Assembly: GCF_041146345.1 (NCBI RefSeq)
Contig: NW_027191415.1
Span: 496,001-560,000, forward strand
Length of the DNA stretch: 64,000 nt
Source of the DNA: Neodothiora populina
Lineage: Eukaryota
Direction of reading: 5' to 3'
Position numbers and translations under genes: made by a program. The notes under the pieces were generated by a model. It had not been told where the DNA came from and searched no databases. It saw nothing but the letters and a program-made list of their open reading frames with translations. Below, one piece after another: positions 10,480 through 22,567 of the stretch. Numbering within the stretch: position 1 is the stretch's first letter; each line of letters starts with the position of its first letter.

Positions 10480-12908
10480 ACCGAAAGATGCCAATAATAC
10501 GGTAGTTGCACGGTAACGAGCTCACTGTGTCTCCTTTCTCTTCCAGTCCCGAGTCTCAAAGGTGGCTTTCTTGTTCCGTGGCTCATGTATTCGAATTTTG
10601 CCATGGCTTTCACGACGGTAAATTTTGCAACGGCTCATTGTAGTTGATGATGCTGAATTGGAACCGTTTTCTGAGCCGCTTACTGTGTGTATGGGGGCAT
10701 CCACGATTATACCCGTCTCGCTCGATAAGTTCGCAGCGGTGGTCTTGTGCCAGTCCAGAGAGAAGGTGACCATTTGGTTCTTCGTTCGTGCTCTCCATCT
10801 ACGTTTGAATGTTCAACAAAATCTCAGATGGGTGTCGCGTGGCCCTGTCTCATATCAAGGATCCGGATCGATCTCAAATTGTATGCAATTCGCAGTCTGG
10901 TCCATTGTGGATCATGCATTCGCAGTCTGGGTAAGACGGGATTAAAATGGAGGAAAACTGTTGTTACGACTCGCCAAGGAGCCATTTGAACGACCGGTAA
11001 CTAGAAATTATGAATTATCTCAGACATATGACATCGGCCACTCCCTGTGTGGCAGCGCCTTTGCCGTATGAGGCGTGCCGCCCCCCGGATAGGGCTATGT
11101 CCAACGGTGACTTATTGATTTCAACCCGTGAAATTTTCCAAATTCACATACTTGGTTGATGATATTTGAGACACTCGAGCATGCGATTTCCCAAGTCCAG
11201 CAATAGATTTGCATTCTTGTTAGTCTCGATCTCTCAGGACATGAGTTGTCTGGTACCGGCTTCGCATACCATTTTTCACGAACGAGAAGCGGAGCATATT
11301 ATACGGCCGAATGCATATCGCGCTTCATTCCCGCCACGTACCTGATATTGTGCTTAGGTGTGTTCTTGATCATCTGCCTCGTCGTCATTATAGAGCGTTA
11401 TGTGGAAAGGAGGGCGTTGCGGGCGTCGAAGACCTCATTTCGCGAGATTTCAAGAAGGACGATGACACTTTGGCTACGGCGAATTGCCTCAAGGTAGATG
11501 CCAACGGACCGAGGCCGCAGTTCCCGGGTTTAAGATGTACCGCGGTCTTCAGTATGTACCTCGAGTGGGAGCAAGTTGAAGAGGTGGTTTGCGTTGCTTA
11601 TCTTGCACAACTTCTCAGGGATGAGTCAGGAAAGCAAAGTGAGACAATCATACGACTTGATCTGCACAATTACATTATCTCTTTACAGTAATGCACTGTG
11701 GACTAATTTAGAGCCAGAGGGCGAGCCAGAACTTGTCCTCAGAAGAATCCCTTGAGTAGGATTCAGAAATCTGCTTTTGATGTCTTACTCTCTGTCTCGA
11801 TGGCTGCGTACACCCGTAAGGTTATACTCCACAAAAGCAGTCGCTGATATCGACAGGGTCGTGCTCGATGAGGCAATAGATCGCTGATATGGATTCTTGG
11901 ATCTGGGGAAGCACGCTCCGAGCCGGCGATAGTTCAAATTCAGGTATTGGCGAATGTAGATCATTTTCGCCATCATTTCTCCATTTGGCTGCTGAGAGAA
12001 CTCCGAACGAGGCATACGAATGGAGGTTATCTGTGCCATTTCATGAGCTGCGCACACAGTCATGTAGACAGCTCTGGATCGAATGTGAGGTCTGCATGAC
12101 CACTATAACGCTCAGGCTCTGTGCATCTCAGCTGGACTCTGCCGCTACTAGGCATACAAGTAGATATACAACAAGCATGTGCTGTGTATAGAGGTACCAG
12201 ATGTCGAAGAGCGAATGATTGTGATTGGTTGGACAACGAATTTGACTGGTCTGGGCCTCTCAGAAATGATAAGATCAGGACTAGCGCAGCCTTGCAGCGT
12301 ACCTCCGGATTTCACCTCTATACCTTACCCTTACCCTCGCTGTCATACCGCTTGCGGACTCTACACACGCGTCTACCCCATTATCCGAAACCCTGAGACG
12401 GCGCTTGCCCCGTTATACGAGAGCCTCTCCGAGGTATGTATCGGCTGGAGATGCAAACGTGCAGAGATTGCACCCAGGTGCTTGATACCATGACCGTTTC
12501 GGTAATGGGACTGGCTTGCGAGACCATGAACCCCGTCGTCATATATTCCCTACTTCACAATGCAAAAAGTATGGTAATGATCTAATGTTGGTATTTGAAC
12601 CTGCAAATTATCGAGTGTTAAGCCACAGCTACACAATATCGACGGGGACAGTTTGCAAGGCGCCGCCATAGGCTTGAAATAGCTTAGGTCTACAATCTAC
12701 ACCCAGCTCAGTGCAAAGTCTAAGGGCGTATCTGACGGTTTGTGGAGTAACAATAGTCGAACGGTGGATCTGGTAGACTTGTTCCAACCAAGCTCTCAGC
12801 CCGTGCAGCCTATCTTTTTTGACCGTAATCGAGTCCAACGGTCGAGGTCCCGACTCGGTAGCTTGGTAACAACGGACACTGCGAACCTCTAAACGTTGCT
12901 GATTCTGA

Positions 12909-12914
12909 TATAAG
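12909..12914 (+). promoter_or_regulatory. TATA-like element upstream of the gene at 13112
   Basis: TATAAG about 200 nt upstream of the ATG, which has a good context (CAAAATG). Confidence 0.35.
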
Positions 12915-13111
12915 AGTGGGCATGCCACGCAAGAACAATGTCGATCATCAACGCTCATCTATCAACATTATCAGGTCTCTGAGTTTCTTTTGCAAATCAT
13001 TAGAGTGTCTCAGCATAGAGCGATTCATCCGTCTTCGAGACCATCCTCATTCACTTACATTGTTCATACAGAGCGATAGTCTTTGTTTAATATCTTAAAT
13101 TCCCCTTCAAA

Positions 13112-13906
13112 ATGAGTCACTCAGTCGCAGTTCAACCTCAAGGCCGCAAGCCATCTGTCTGGGGAAAGATGTTCGACGGTCTCAAGATCAACAGCAAGAA
13201 CGTGAAGCGTAACGAGGAAGTCGAGACCAGGCCCCATGAGAACGTTGGATCCATCGATATGTCCAAGTCATCCGCAGTTGACAAGACCACTTCCACCATT
13301 CACAGACGCAACAACTCCACTGCCACCAAAGCATCTGTGGCAGCTGTTTCGATCCAGTCAAGCACCAGCCGTGCCGGCAGTGTTGCCAGCATCTCTTCTC
13401 GTCGTTCCTCCAGGAAGTGGTGGCGCAGCAGCAACCCTGAGGATGAGCTCCCTCCTGTTCCTACCATCGACCTCAAGTACACAGAAGTCTCTCCAATGTC
13501 ACAAGCTGCCTCTCGCAAGAACAGCTACGTGCCACGCAATGCAGCAGGAAGCTTCTTGAGGACCACCACTCCTGCACCAAAGAGCACTCAGGATGACCTT
13601 GACGAGGTCGCTCGCAGACTTTCTGCTTCCGGCGCTGCTGCATCTATCAACCCTCTCCAGGTCAAGGCCATTGAGAGCCGCAAGGACTCCCACGTTCAGC
13701 CCGAGATGTACGGCATGTCCAGCATGTCTGGCATTTGTGACATTCTCGAAGTTGAGGAGCCTGTTATCGAGAAGAACTCGGTACGGAGTGCCTCGCCTCA
13801 CTCTCAAGGTGCTGCTCGCCAGGACTCTGCAAAGGGCAGCCCTGAGCTTACAGTTATTAAGAACGCAAACCAACGAGATCCATCTCTCCACGAGCTTTGC
13901 GCATAG
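13112..13906 (+). CDS. Hypothetical Ser/Arg-rich, probably disordered protein (264 aa)
   Basis: Intronless ORF with strong C-ending codon bias and a good start context. Many RRxS/RKxS (PKA-type) motifs. No family recognised. Confidence 0.75.
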   Translation: MSHSVAVQPQGRKPSVWGKMFDGLKINSKNVKRNEEVETRPHENVGSIDMSKSSAVDKTTSTIHRRNNSTATKASVAAVSIQSSTSRAGSVASISSRRSSRKWWRSSNPEDELPPVPTIDLKYTEVSPMSQAASRKNSYVPRNAAGSFLRTTTPAPKSTQDDLDEVARRLSASGAAASINPLQVKAIESRKDSHVQPEMYGMSSMSGICDILEVEEPVIEKNSVRSASPHSQGAARQDSAKGSPELTVIKNANQRDPSLHELCA

Positions 13907-15467
13907 AGCCGAAGCTTCAGCAATGTATTCTGACGGATAGATGTCAATACACAGGCGTTGTTCTGGGGGCTTTCTTAGAAATTGGGTACTCGGCTAGACG
14001 GCATAGGGTGCATATTGAGGCGTTGCAGGATTACTGCCTCATCATTTCTGGTCAAAAGAGCATCCACCTAGTCCCATATTGTGCGGGCACAGAAGACATC
14101 ATTTGGGGGGGGCCTCTTTACTTTTCCTTTTCTCTGTAACCACTTCTGCGAGTTCGAACATTATATCCTAGTTTGAGTTTTTATCTAATTCATGATCAAT
14201 TATCAAATCTTTTCTTGAAGTACTTCGCTGTATCTCCATGTGATTATCGGCGGGTGGAGGTGATCTGGTTATAATTTTCCCCCTGAAAACAAAAGCCGTC
14301 TGCAACGCTGCTTCAGAGACATCGTTCGCAGACACGGGTGTTGCTAAGCCTCCTCGGTGGAACCGAGATCGAAATTCCGCTTTGTCCCGGTATAGAGGGA
14401 CAACGTCGGTCTGTCAGCGGCGTCAGTCTTCAGGTTAGCCACAACAAGCACTAAAAGCACAGGGGACGGGATTAGCAAGACACACAGTTTGATACATATA
14501 CAAGTACAAGTACGTCGAGGCACACATACGCCCACCCACAAAGCTCGTGGCAGAAGCTTGACTCCAGTCGAATGTGTATACATGTACACAAGTATCAGAT
14601 CTCAAGGCATGCTTGTACCTTGCTTTACCATACATGGCCTACAGCCTGAAGTCTATGTCTTCATTTTTATCTTTTTCCCAGCAAGCCTCCACATCTGCAC
14701 TCCGCGCTCGTCGATGGAGCGGACCCGATGCACTCGCATGCGCACGACGTGCGTCGTACGGCACACACAGTACCTCATGCAATTCGCAAAAGAACGGTCG
14801 AGGGCATTGTTGGAACGGGCGAGGCTTCGATATGCCGGTTGCCACGCGACTTGTCAGATTTGATGCGACCACACGATCAGAATAATGGTTCACTGTAGTT
14901 GTTCCAGATGCGGATCTATTATGCTATCACACGGTCGTAATTCATTGCAACCAGAGGTAAGACTGTTGTCAGACAAAAATTGAAATTGAGAGAGGTACTG
15001 TAATCTTTCAGCGTGCGCAAGCACGGATACCCAATTATGAAGATTGTTCGGTGATCTAAAAACAGGGGGGAAAATGGTTCGCAGACTTCATACTTCTGAC
15101 TCGTGGTCTACTGCACTTATCGCTGTCCAAAAATTAATGCGTGCCCGTTTTCCTGCTTGAATGTTTTCAGCAACTACCAATCAACGCCTGCTCCTGGAGT
15201 TATTTATTTAATCAGAATCTCCCTTCCCTAGGCTTCGATGCCCCCTTAATGATTCTTTGCGAAAACGATAGAAATAAGAGAATTTGGGTATCCTTTTGAC
15301 TTTTGATCCAGAAAACGCCTTTTGAATGCATCACGTATGGCACGTTCGTCCATATGTCCACGCCGATTATATCGGCCGACTAGTAAACCAACCAACTCAC
15401 TCCTCTGAGTTTCCACTTCATGATAAAATACGGCTTGCCGTAGGGAAAGAGGACGTGTGGAGGAAAA

Positions 15468-15950
15468 TTATGACTTGATCATCTTGTTCCTCTTCTCCCT
15501 GCGCTTGAGACGTTCTACACGCTTGGCGTGCATCTTCTCGGCCAATTTTTCATATCGTTCCTTTTCTTCCTTGGCCGCGCGCTTGTCTTTGATATTCTGG
15601 ATGCGTCGCTGCGAGATAGATGTTAGTCTCCGTCCGACAGAAGGTCTCATGGTGCTACTCTACTCACCTGTCGCTCAGCTTCCTTCTCCTCCTTCATCTC
15701 TTTCTCTTGGGCCTTGACAAGCGCAATTTCCTTGTCTCTTGCGGCGCGCTTTTCATATGCAGTCAGGCCTGCGGTGGGTCGGAAAGGCTTCTTGACGTCG
15801 TGCCATTGCTTGCCTGTTGTTGCGACTCGAGTATTAGACACATCCTGGGAGACAGGCATCATTGACAGGTGAGCATTTACCATTCTTCTTCATTCCGGTG
15901 GTTTGAGCGATCTTGCCGGGCTCGGCTTGCTGTGCCACTATGGTCGACAT
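15468..15950 (-). CDS. CGR1: rRNA-processing protein Cgr1; exons 15950-15881, 15813-15668, 15608-15468
   Basis: [18 protein letters not shown]...[54 protein letters not shown] is the typical Cgr1 family sequence. Canonical introns. Confidence 0.93.
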
Positions 15951-16704
15951 GATCGTGCGATTGTATGAACTATGGTCTTTTCTCGAGCAAGGCCTCGGCA
16001 GTTCGATAACAAAGTGAAGAAAAGTTGACGATGCAAGACCAATCAAGCGTCTTGGCAGAGGGGCGCGAAGTGGAGGCGGATCAGATAATTCCATGCGGAT
16101 CAGATTAAAAATCAGTCACCGCCTGCTCTATACAGTTAGAGATGCCCACTTTTCCACTGTGGCAGAAAAGGTCGGAAAGTCTGAATGATGCTGTGATGCC
16201 ATGTGGGAGTCAAAGTGAGGCCAAAATAACAGACCAAACCACTCCTTCTCCCGATCTCCCAGTTTCTTCCAGAAGCGCGTTGCACATTCGGGTCTTTCCT
16301 CGCTACCAGATTGTCCAGAAGAGACGCGAGTACGACATCAATACCACCTCAGTCACACATCGATCGTCGCTTCGGTGTAACTTGGGGGTTGTCGTCGCAT
16401 ACTGCGACTTTGTTTATCTTTTTCAACTCATTTCTCTGTCTCACCATTTTCCTGTGTCTGTGTGTGGGGTACGGCAGACTATTCTTTCCTGCATTACACC
16501 ATATCTACCTTCGCCAGCGCCATCCTTGCTGTTCCATCTTTCACCGCTTGACCACCTTCTTCCTGAACTTCTCATAGTCATACCATGCTCCCTCGATAAC
16601 ATCAGACAACTTTGTGCCATCTCCTTTGTCTGCTACAACATTCTCTCCATTCACCAGTAGACCCCTGTCCCACTTTCCCTATAAAGAAGGCTCCTTCCTG
16701 CTCG

Positions 16705-17785
16705 ATGGACGTTCGCGAAGCTCACCCTGTCGCCGGCGCAGACGTGCTGGCTATCAGAGATGGCAAGAAAGTCATTACCGCTCCCAGCTCTTCCTCTGAA
16801 AAAGCACACGACGCGCTGAAGGACATTGTCTTTGGGTCAACAGCTGGCGTCGCCGGAAAGTTCGTCGAGTACCCTTTCGACACTGTCAAAGTTCGCCTAC
16901 AGTCTCAACCGGATCACCTCCCGCTGAGATACACTGGACCAATTGACTGTTTTCGACAGTCACTTAGGCATGATGGCGTTCTCGGCATTTACAGAGGCAT
17001 CAGCGCCCCCTTAGTCGGAGCAGCTGTCGAGACAAGCAGTCTCTTCTTCAGTGTACGTGTGACCCATCCGGTCTCGATACTCCAAGTGTCAGATCATTGA
17101 CTCAATTGAACAGTACCGCCTCGCCCAAAATGCGCTGCGAATGACGCTCTACCCAAGTACGGAATCACTTCCATTGGGCGCCCTCGTAGCCTGCGGTGCC
17201 GCCTCAGGGGCCTTCACTTCTCTTCTTCTCACTCCGATTGAGCTCATCAAGTGCAAGATGCAAGTACCTGCCGACAGTAACAGGAGAATGGTCGCCCGAC
17301 CAGGGCCGGTTCAGCTGATTGCATCGGTGTACCGACACCACGGACTGGCAGGGTTCTGGCATGGACAGATGGGTACACTATTGCGAGAGACTGGTGGCTC
17401 AGCGGCCTGGTTCGGTGCATACGAGGCTATCTCCGCCGCCTTCCTGAAGCTTCGAGAGCCAATACACGGGGTTGCGACCGGTAAGCAAGAGAAGCAAGAA
17501 CCACTGCACTTCTATCAGCAAATGATTGCCGGTGCTGCAGCAGGGGTCAGCTATAACTTCCTCTTCTACCCCGCAGACACGATCAAGTCACGCATGCAGA
17601 CGGAGGAAGTGAGCGAGATGGTTGGCAGACAGCGCAAGACCTTCTGGTCAGCCGGACGCGCACTATGGCATCAGCATGGCATCAAGGGAATGTATAGAGG
17701 ATGCGGCATTACTTGTTTCCGATCGGCGCCTAGTTCCGCCTTGATCTTCGCCATCTACGAATGGCTCAAGAGGACATTTGATTGA
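16705..17785 (+). CDS. Mitochondrial carrier, ornithine/basic amino acid type (ORT1/arg-13/amcA-like); intron 17053-17113
   Basis: Three carrier signatures: [20 protein letters not shown] and [21 protein letters not shown] and RSAPSSA contact-point motifs are typical of ornithine carriers. Confidence 0.88.
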
Positions 17786-20114
17786 TCACGTTTGGGTACA
17801 GGTAAAAAAAGTTCTTGAGAACATGCGAGGAGTTTTGGGTTGGGTTCTTATGACTATAATGCGGCGTTACGGAAGGAAGGCTAACTCGAACGTTTCTATA
17901 GAGCAAGGTGGGTGGCATATGACAAGTAGCAGAGACGCTTCACTTGTTCGATGTCCAGTTGAATCTATGACACAATTTACTGCTGCTGATCGCGAGGACG
18001 GATTCCATAGAATGCAACATGTGAGATAAATAAAAAGGCCATGCTGATACGCGATGGTAGATTGGTATACTATATTAGTGAACAGTTGACATGTGCCACC
18101 GTGATGTCTCACTTGTGGAGACGAAGTTCCACCCCAGGATCCAACCGCATCCACGTTATACCATAACACTGGGATGGTTTCTTCTTCTCCGACCCTGCGG
18201 GATTGATCTCTTACTTGCTGCTTTTTACAAGATCGGAAGACCCAATACGCAATTGAGCATTGATCTATTCCTGGATCATAAGGTAGTACATTCGGATCAC
18301 CTACTTTCAAAAACATTTCTTCCTTAAATTCCTTATTCTTTCTATCTTCTGGCTTGAGTAATTTTACAACAAACAATGCTCAGTGTCCTGTGCCCAGTGC
18401 TCAGTGACTGTCCGCAAACTACAATCACTTTATAGCAGTATCTATAAGTGTACTGCATCAACTCTAGTTTGGAAGCTTTGTTGATTATACGAATAAGTAT
18501 CGCGACCGCGACTGTGCTAACTCACGCTTCTAATAATTCCTCGGTCTACGAATCGAAGCGTGAAGCGTTTCAGATCCCACATGCTCCGCCTCGAACGTAT
18601 GTGTTACAAAGTTAGAAACTCAAGTATCCATAGGGTAAGCTGCACAAGGCACACAACGCGTCACTGTACTCGTAAGGGGGGAGCAAGGGACAGATCAGAG
18701 ACTGATATATATCTTGCAGCGCTCCCATTTGAATGTAGCGTATGCTGTTGCTTTTCTACACCTTTCAGTCTGCCGCTATACACATCAAGTCACGACTCAT
18801 TTCGTTTCCATTATTGTTGTTTCACAAGCATTCGCATTCATACTTATACTTTTCATATTCGTTGCTCAAGTCGTCTTCGTCTCGTCTCCGGCTTCTTGGC
18901 AATATCGACTTCGCGATTCAGTACAGCGCACCCTAGTGCATGACCAAGGTCCCTGCCGATGCATGCATAATTTGGACAGTACCTGTACAAACACAGGCTG
19001 AGCAAAACGCTCGAACTCGACCCCGCAAGTATCGCCCAACGGGTCCGGTCATACCACCATAAGAGGTGATTTCCAGCATCAATTGTCAGCGTGAAGCATG
19101 AAACTCGAAGCAACTTGCGTGGACATGCAACCGCATGGTGGCGATGAGGTAAAAGCTACCAAAACCCACCGCGGATCGACTAATAGACCACGGTACCACT
19201 GCGATCAAGACATCCAACGTACGCGGGAGCGTCCACACGTGAGCGATTTTTTCCCAAGAGCGTCGGCCGCGCTAAATAAGCCTCACTCTACGACGATCAA
19301 AGCACTTGTGCCTGCAGATGGAGGGACTCTCGGCCTCCATTTTTGTATACACTCCGGGTCTGCCGGGCTGACTGCACTTCCTATTGGTCGCTAAACTTGG
19401 GGGCACTTGCGGCCTGTAATTTCACAGGTAGGCTCGTGCCTCTTGGTCGAAGTGCTCCACGATAACCCGAGATCAGTGCTCTTGCGATTGACGTTCAAGG
19501 CGCTGCGCTGACACACATCTGCTGTACATACAGCTATATACGAGGATGGATGTCTACTTCGAGAATGCTGGCTGCACATTCGAGAGAGACTCTCACATCA
19601 ACATTGTGAAAATGGCTATAGACCCTGGCGCCGTAGCCCCTATTTCGAACGGCCACCCAACCTAATCCTATTATAAGCAACTCTAGGAGCGAGATAAAGC
19701 GCCTAGCGAGCTTTAGCTGGCAACTTAGCTCCATACTTCAACTTCCGTCACCTGTCTAGTCTGCTCTCGCCACAGCATAATATTGGACGCCGAGGACGCC
19801 TGCGTCTCCGGCTGGGCTATGACCCATAATCACAGAGGCGTATGGCAGTTTTGTCTACAGTAGCCTGGGGCCGCGGTAAGCATTGAAGCTCCAGAGGCAA
19901 ATTTAGGTTGGTTGCTCCCTCAGATATCTTAAACGGCATGATCCTGCTCCGCAACGCCTTGGGGTATCTTATTTCCTTTAATCAACCTCTCTTCCAGTTT
20001 CTCTGATATCCTGTACTTACTGTCGCTATTCATAAAGGTCTTGTACGAGTACATACTGTCGTTACGAAGAACTATCCAAGATATCGACATTCAAATATAT
20101 AATATTTCAGCATC

Positions 20115-20929
20115 ATGCGTTTCACCAAGACTGTCCTCGCTGCCCTGGCTCAGGCCTACCTTGCCTTTGCAGCTGACAATGCCTTCAATGTTCCCCAAGG
20201 TGGTTACAATACCGCCGCTGGATCTAGCCTGGACTTGACCTGGACTCCCACTACTTCCGGAACTGTGTCTCTGATCCTCAGATCCGGCGCAAGCAGCGCC
20301 TTGACCTCTGGCACTTATATTGCCCAGGGCATCCAGAACAGGTAAACAATGGACACTTGCTCGAGATTTCGTCAAGCGACCTGCTGACACTCTTTGCTTC
20401 CAGTGGTTCTTACACATGGACTCTTCCCAACGACATCACCCGTGGCTCTGACTACGCCATTGAGATCGTCGATGACTCCGACACCAGCAAGACCAACTTC
20501 ACTCCCTACTTCGTCATCGACAGCACCGTGACCGTCGCCTCGTCGACCTCCGACATCTCCCTGTCCAGCGGCACCGCCACCGCTTCTCCTTCATCATCTG
20601 CTTCCGGCAGCTCTGCATCAAGCGCTAGCGCCAGTGCTTCCAGCAGTGCCAGCAGCGCTTCCTCCTCCGCCTCTGCTTCCGGTTCTTCATCTGCCAGCGC
20701 TGTCTCCTCCAGCGCAAGCTCCGCAGCCTCAAGCGTCAGCTCTTCTGCCTCTGCCCGCAGCTCCTCAGCTGCTTCATCCGCCAGCCAGACTGCCTCTTCC
20801 ATGAGCTCGTCTGCCTCCGCCGCTGCCTCCAGCGCCGCCGCACAGACCACGGTTGCCAACAGCGGTGCCGCTGCCACCGCTGTGCCTGTCCTCATGGGCG
20901 CCATTGCCCTCGGTGCTCTTGCCCTTTAA
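20115..20929 (+). CDS. GPI-anchored Ser/Ala-rich cell-wall protein with a Kre9/Knh1-like N-terminal domain; intron 20342-20403
   Basis: Signal peptide MRFTKTVLAALAQAYLAFA; LTWTPTTSGTVSLIL...IQNSGSYTWTLP..DYAIEIVD domain; Ser/Ala stalk; omega site NSG followed by a hydrophobic tail. Confidence 0.9.
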
Positions 20930-21444
20930 GCGGTTCAACATGATGTATAATCATGCCTTCTTATTTTCATACGTTTTTCTTTTCATATATCAAAGAGAGA
21001 TGAGTGCAAGCGGGATATTCGGGGGGACGATGATAGATAATGGAAGGGATTATCGCCTTTTTCTAATTTGGCTAGGTTTGCACATGGACAATATGAGCAA
21101 TAACAAAAAGCAAGCATTACCATTTTCATTCTACACAACTTCCAATATCTCCTGTGCCATTTCTACCTAACAGTCTAGTTAGGTACTATCGATATCTGGT
21201 TAGCAGTATAGGAAATTGGATGTATGAAGGTTGGGGCATGGTATTGCAACACCTTCAGTATTCAAGTGTAGTGAGACAAGATCATTGGGCAGCTTACTCG
21301 AAAGACGATATACATGACAGGTCTATCTAATTGACATTATCATCACAACATACACTTTTACGCTCGAATGACAAAGCCATTACATCCTCTCGACACGCAC
21401 ACTACTCTCAACCACTCTAGTCCTCCATCGTCCAAACCATCCCC

Positions 21445-22567
21445 CTAGTCCTCAAAGAAAACAGCCTCGGGCTTATGCACAGCAATCTTGCCCGACTCAT
21501 CACTCTTCAACACGATCCTAGGACCCTTCTCGCTGCCCTTGACTTTCTTCCCATCGACTGGTTTTTCGGTCGTCACTATCTCGACGACGGTGCCTTGGAT
21601 GTAGCCTGGTAGGGCCTTCCAGGTGACGTTTTGGTTTTCTTTTGGGAGGCGGGTCGAGGATCCTGCTGGGGCGGGAGGCGTGGCGGGGTCGTGTTCTGAG
21701 CCTACTGTTGCGTTGCTTTTGTTATCGGATTTTTGCTTTTTGTTGTTGTTGTTGCTGTTGTCGTCGTCTCCGTTTTCGTTGTCGTCTTCCTGGGATCGAG
21801 TGCGCTTTTGACCTTTTGGCTTCAAGGAATTTTCGTCCTCGTCTTCGTTATTTGATTCGTCCTCGCTATCAGCCGCCTCGTCGTCATGGTCGTCGTCGTC
21901 GTACTCTTCGTCATCCGAATCCTGGTCGGAGTTTTCGTTCTTGTTCGTTGACTCGGTTTCACCCTTCTTCTTCGACGCTTTCGTTTCTTCCTCATCGTGC
22001 TTCTTTCCCTTGGCGTCCTCGTGGGCTTCCTCGCGAGACTCCTTGGCTTTTGCAGTATTGCCGACATGCTGCTTGCCCTGCTTACTGCCCTCTTGTTTCT
22101 TCTCGTCGGTTTCTTTCTTTTCCTTCTCGCTCATCTTGTCCCATGCCTTTTTCGGCAAGTAACGCTGCTCGGTTCCGTCGTCGTTTTTGGCATTGCCACT
22201 CCCGTCTTTGGTTTGCCAGTCTTCCTCTCCCCATTCGGAGAGATGTTTCTGCGACGAGTCTTGGTCTTTCTTGTCTGTGTTGTACTAAGGTCTCTGGGTT
22301 AGCATCTCCTGGGATGATTCGAGTATTCACTGATGAATTGATCTAAGGTCTTCTCCTTCAGAGCTGGGTATGAATGCTTTGGACTTATTGTGGTCTTTGA
22401 TAATGCAGGATACTCACGTCTCCGCCTCGCTTCTTGTACTCTGACGCCATCAGTTGAGCTTTTCGTGCACTCCATTGTCCTGGAGCACCGCCTTTGTCGC
22501 CCTTATGGATCTCCTCCTTTACTTCGTCGCGAAGTTTGGGGTCGGTGTACTTTTCCTTTGGAGGCAT
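21445..22567 (-). CDS. DUF5872-like N-terminus, acidic linker and C-terminal Hva1/DUF2945-type Tudor-like domain; intron 22285-22417
   Basis: MPPKEKYTDPKLRDEVKEEI..GQWSARKAQLMASEYKKRGGD|YNTDKK..WGEEDWQTKDG..RYLPKKAW; C-terminal VTWK..GTVVEI..PRIVLKSDESGKIAVHKPEA. Confidence 0.82.

Noticed and set aside
11181..11691. Overlapping short ORFs, one with a hydrophobic TM-like stretch (11246-11497)
   Set aside because: I could not build a consistent spliced model. A pseudogene relic is not excluded but is unsupported.
12321..12336. CCTTACCCTTACCC, resembling a telomeric repeat or telomerase template
   Set aside because: It is TAAGGG rather than TTAGGG, and has only two units.
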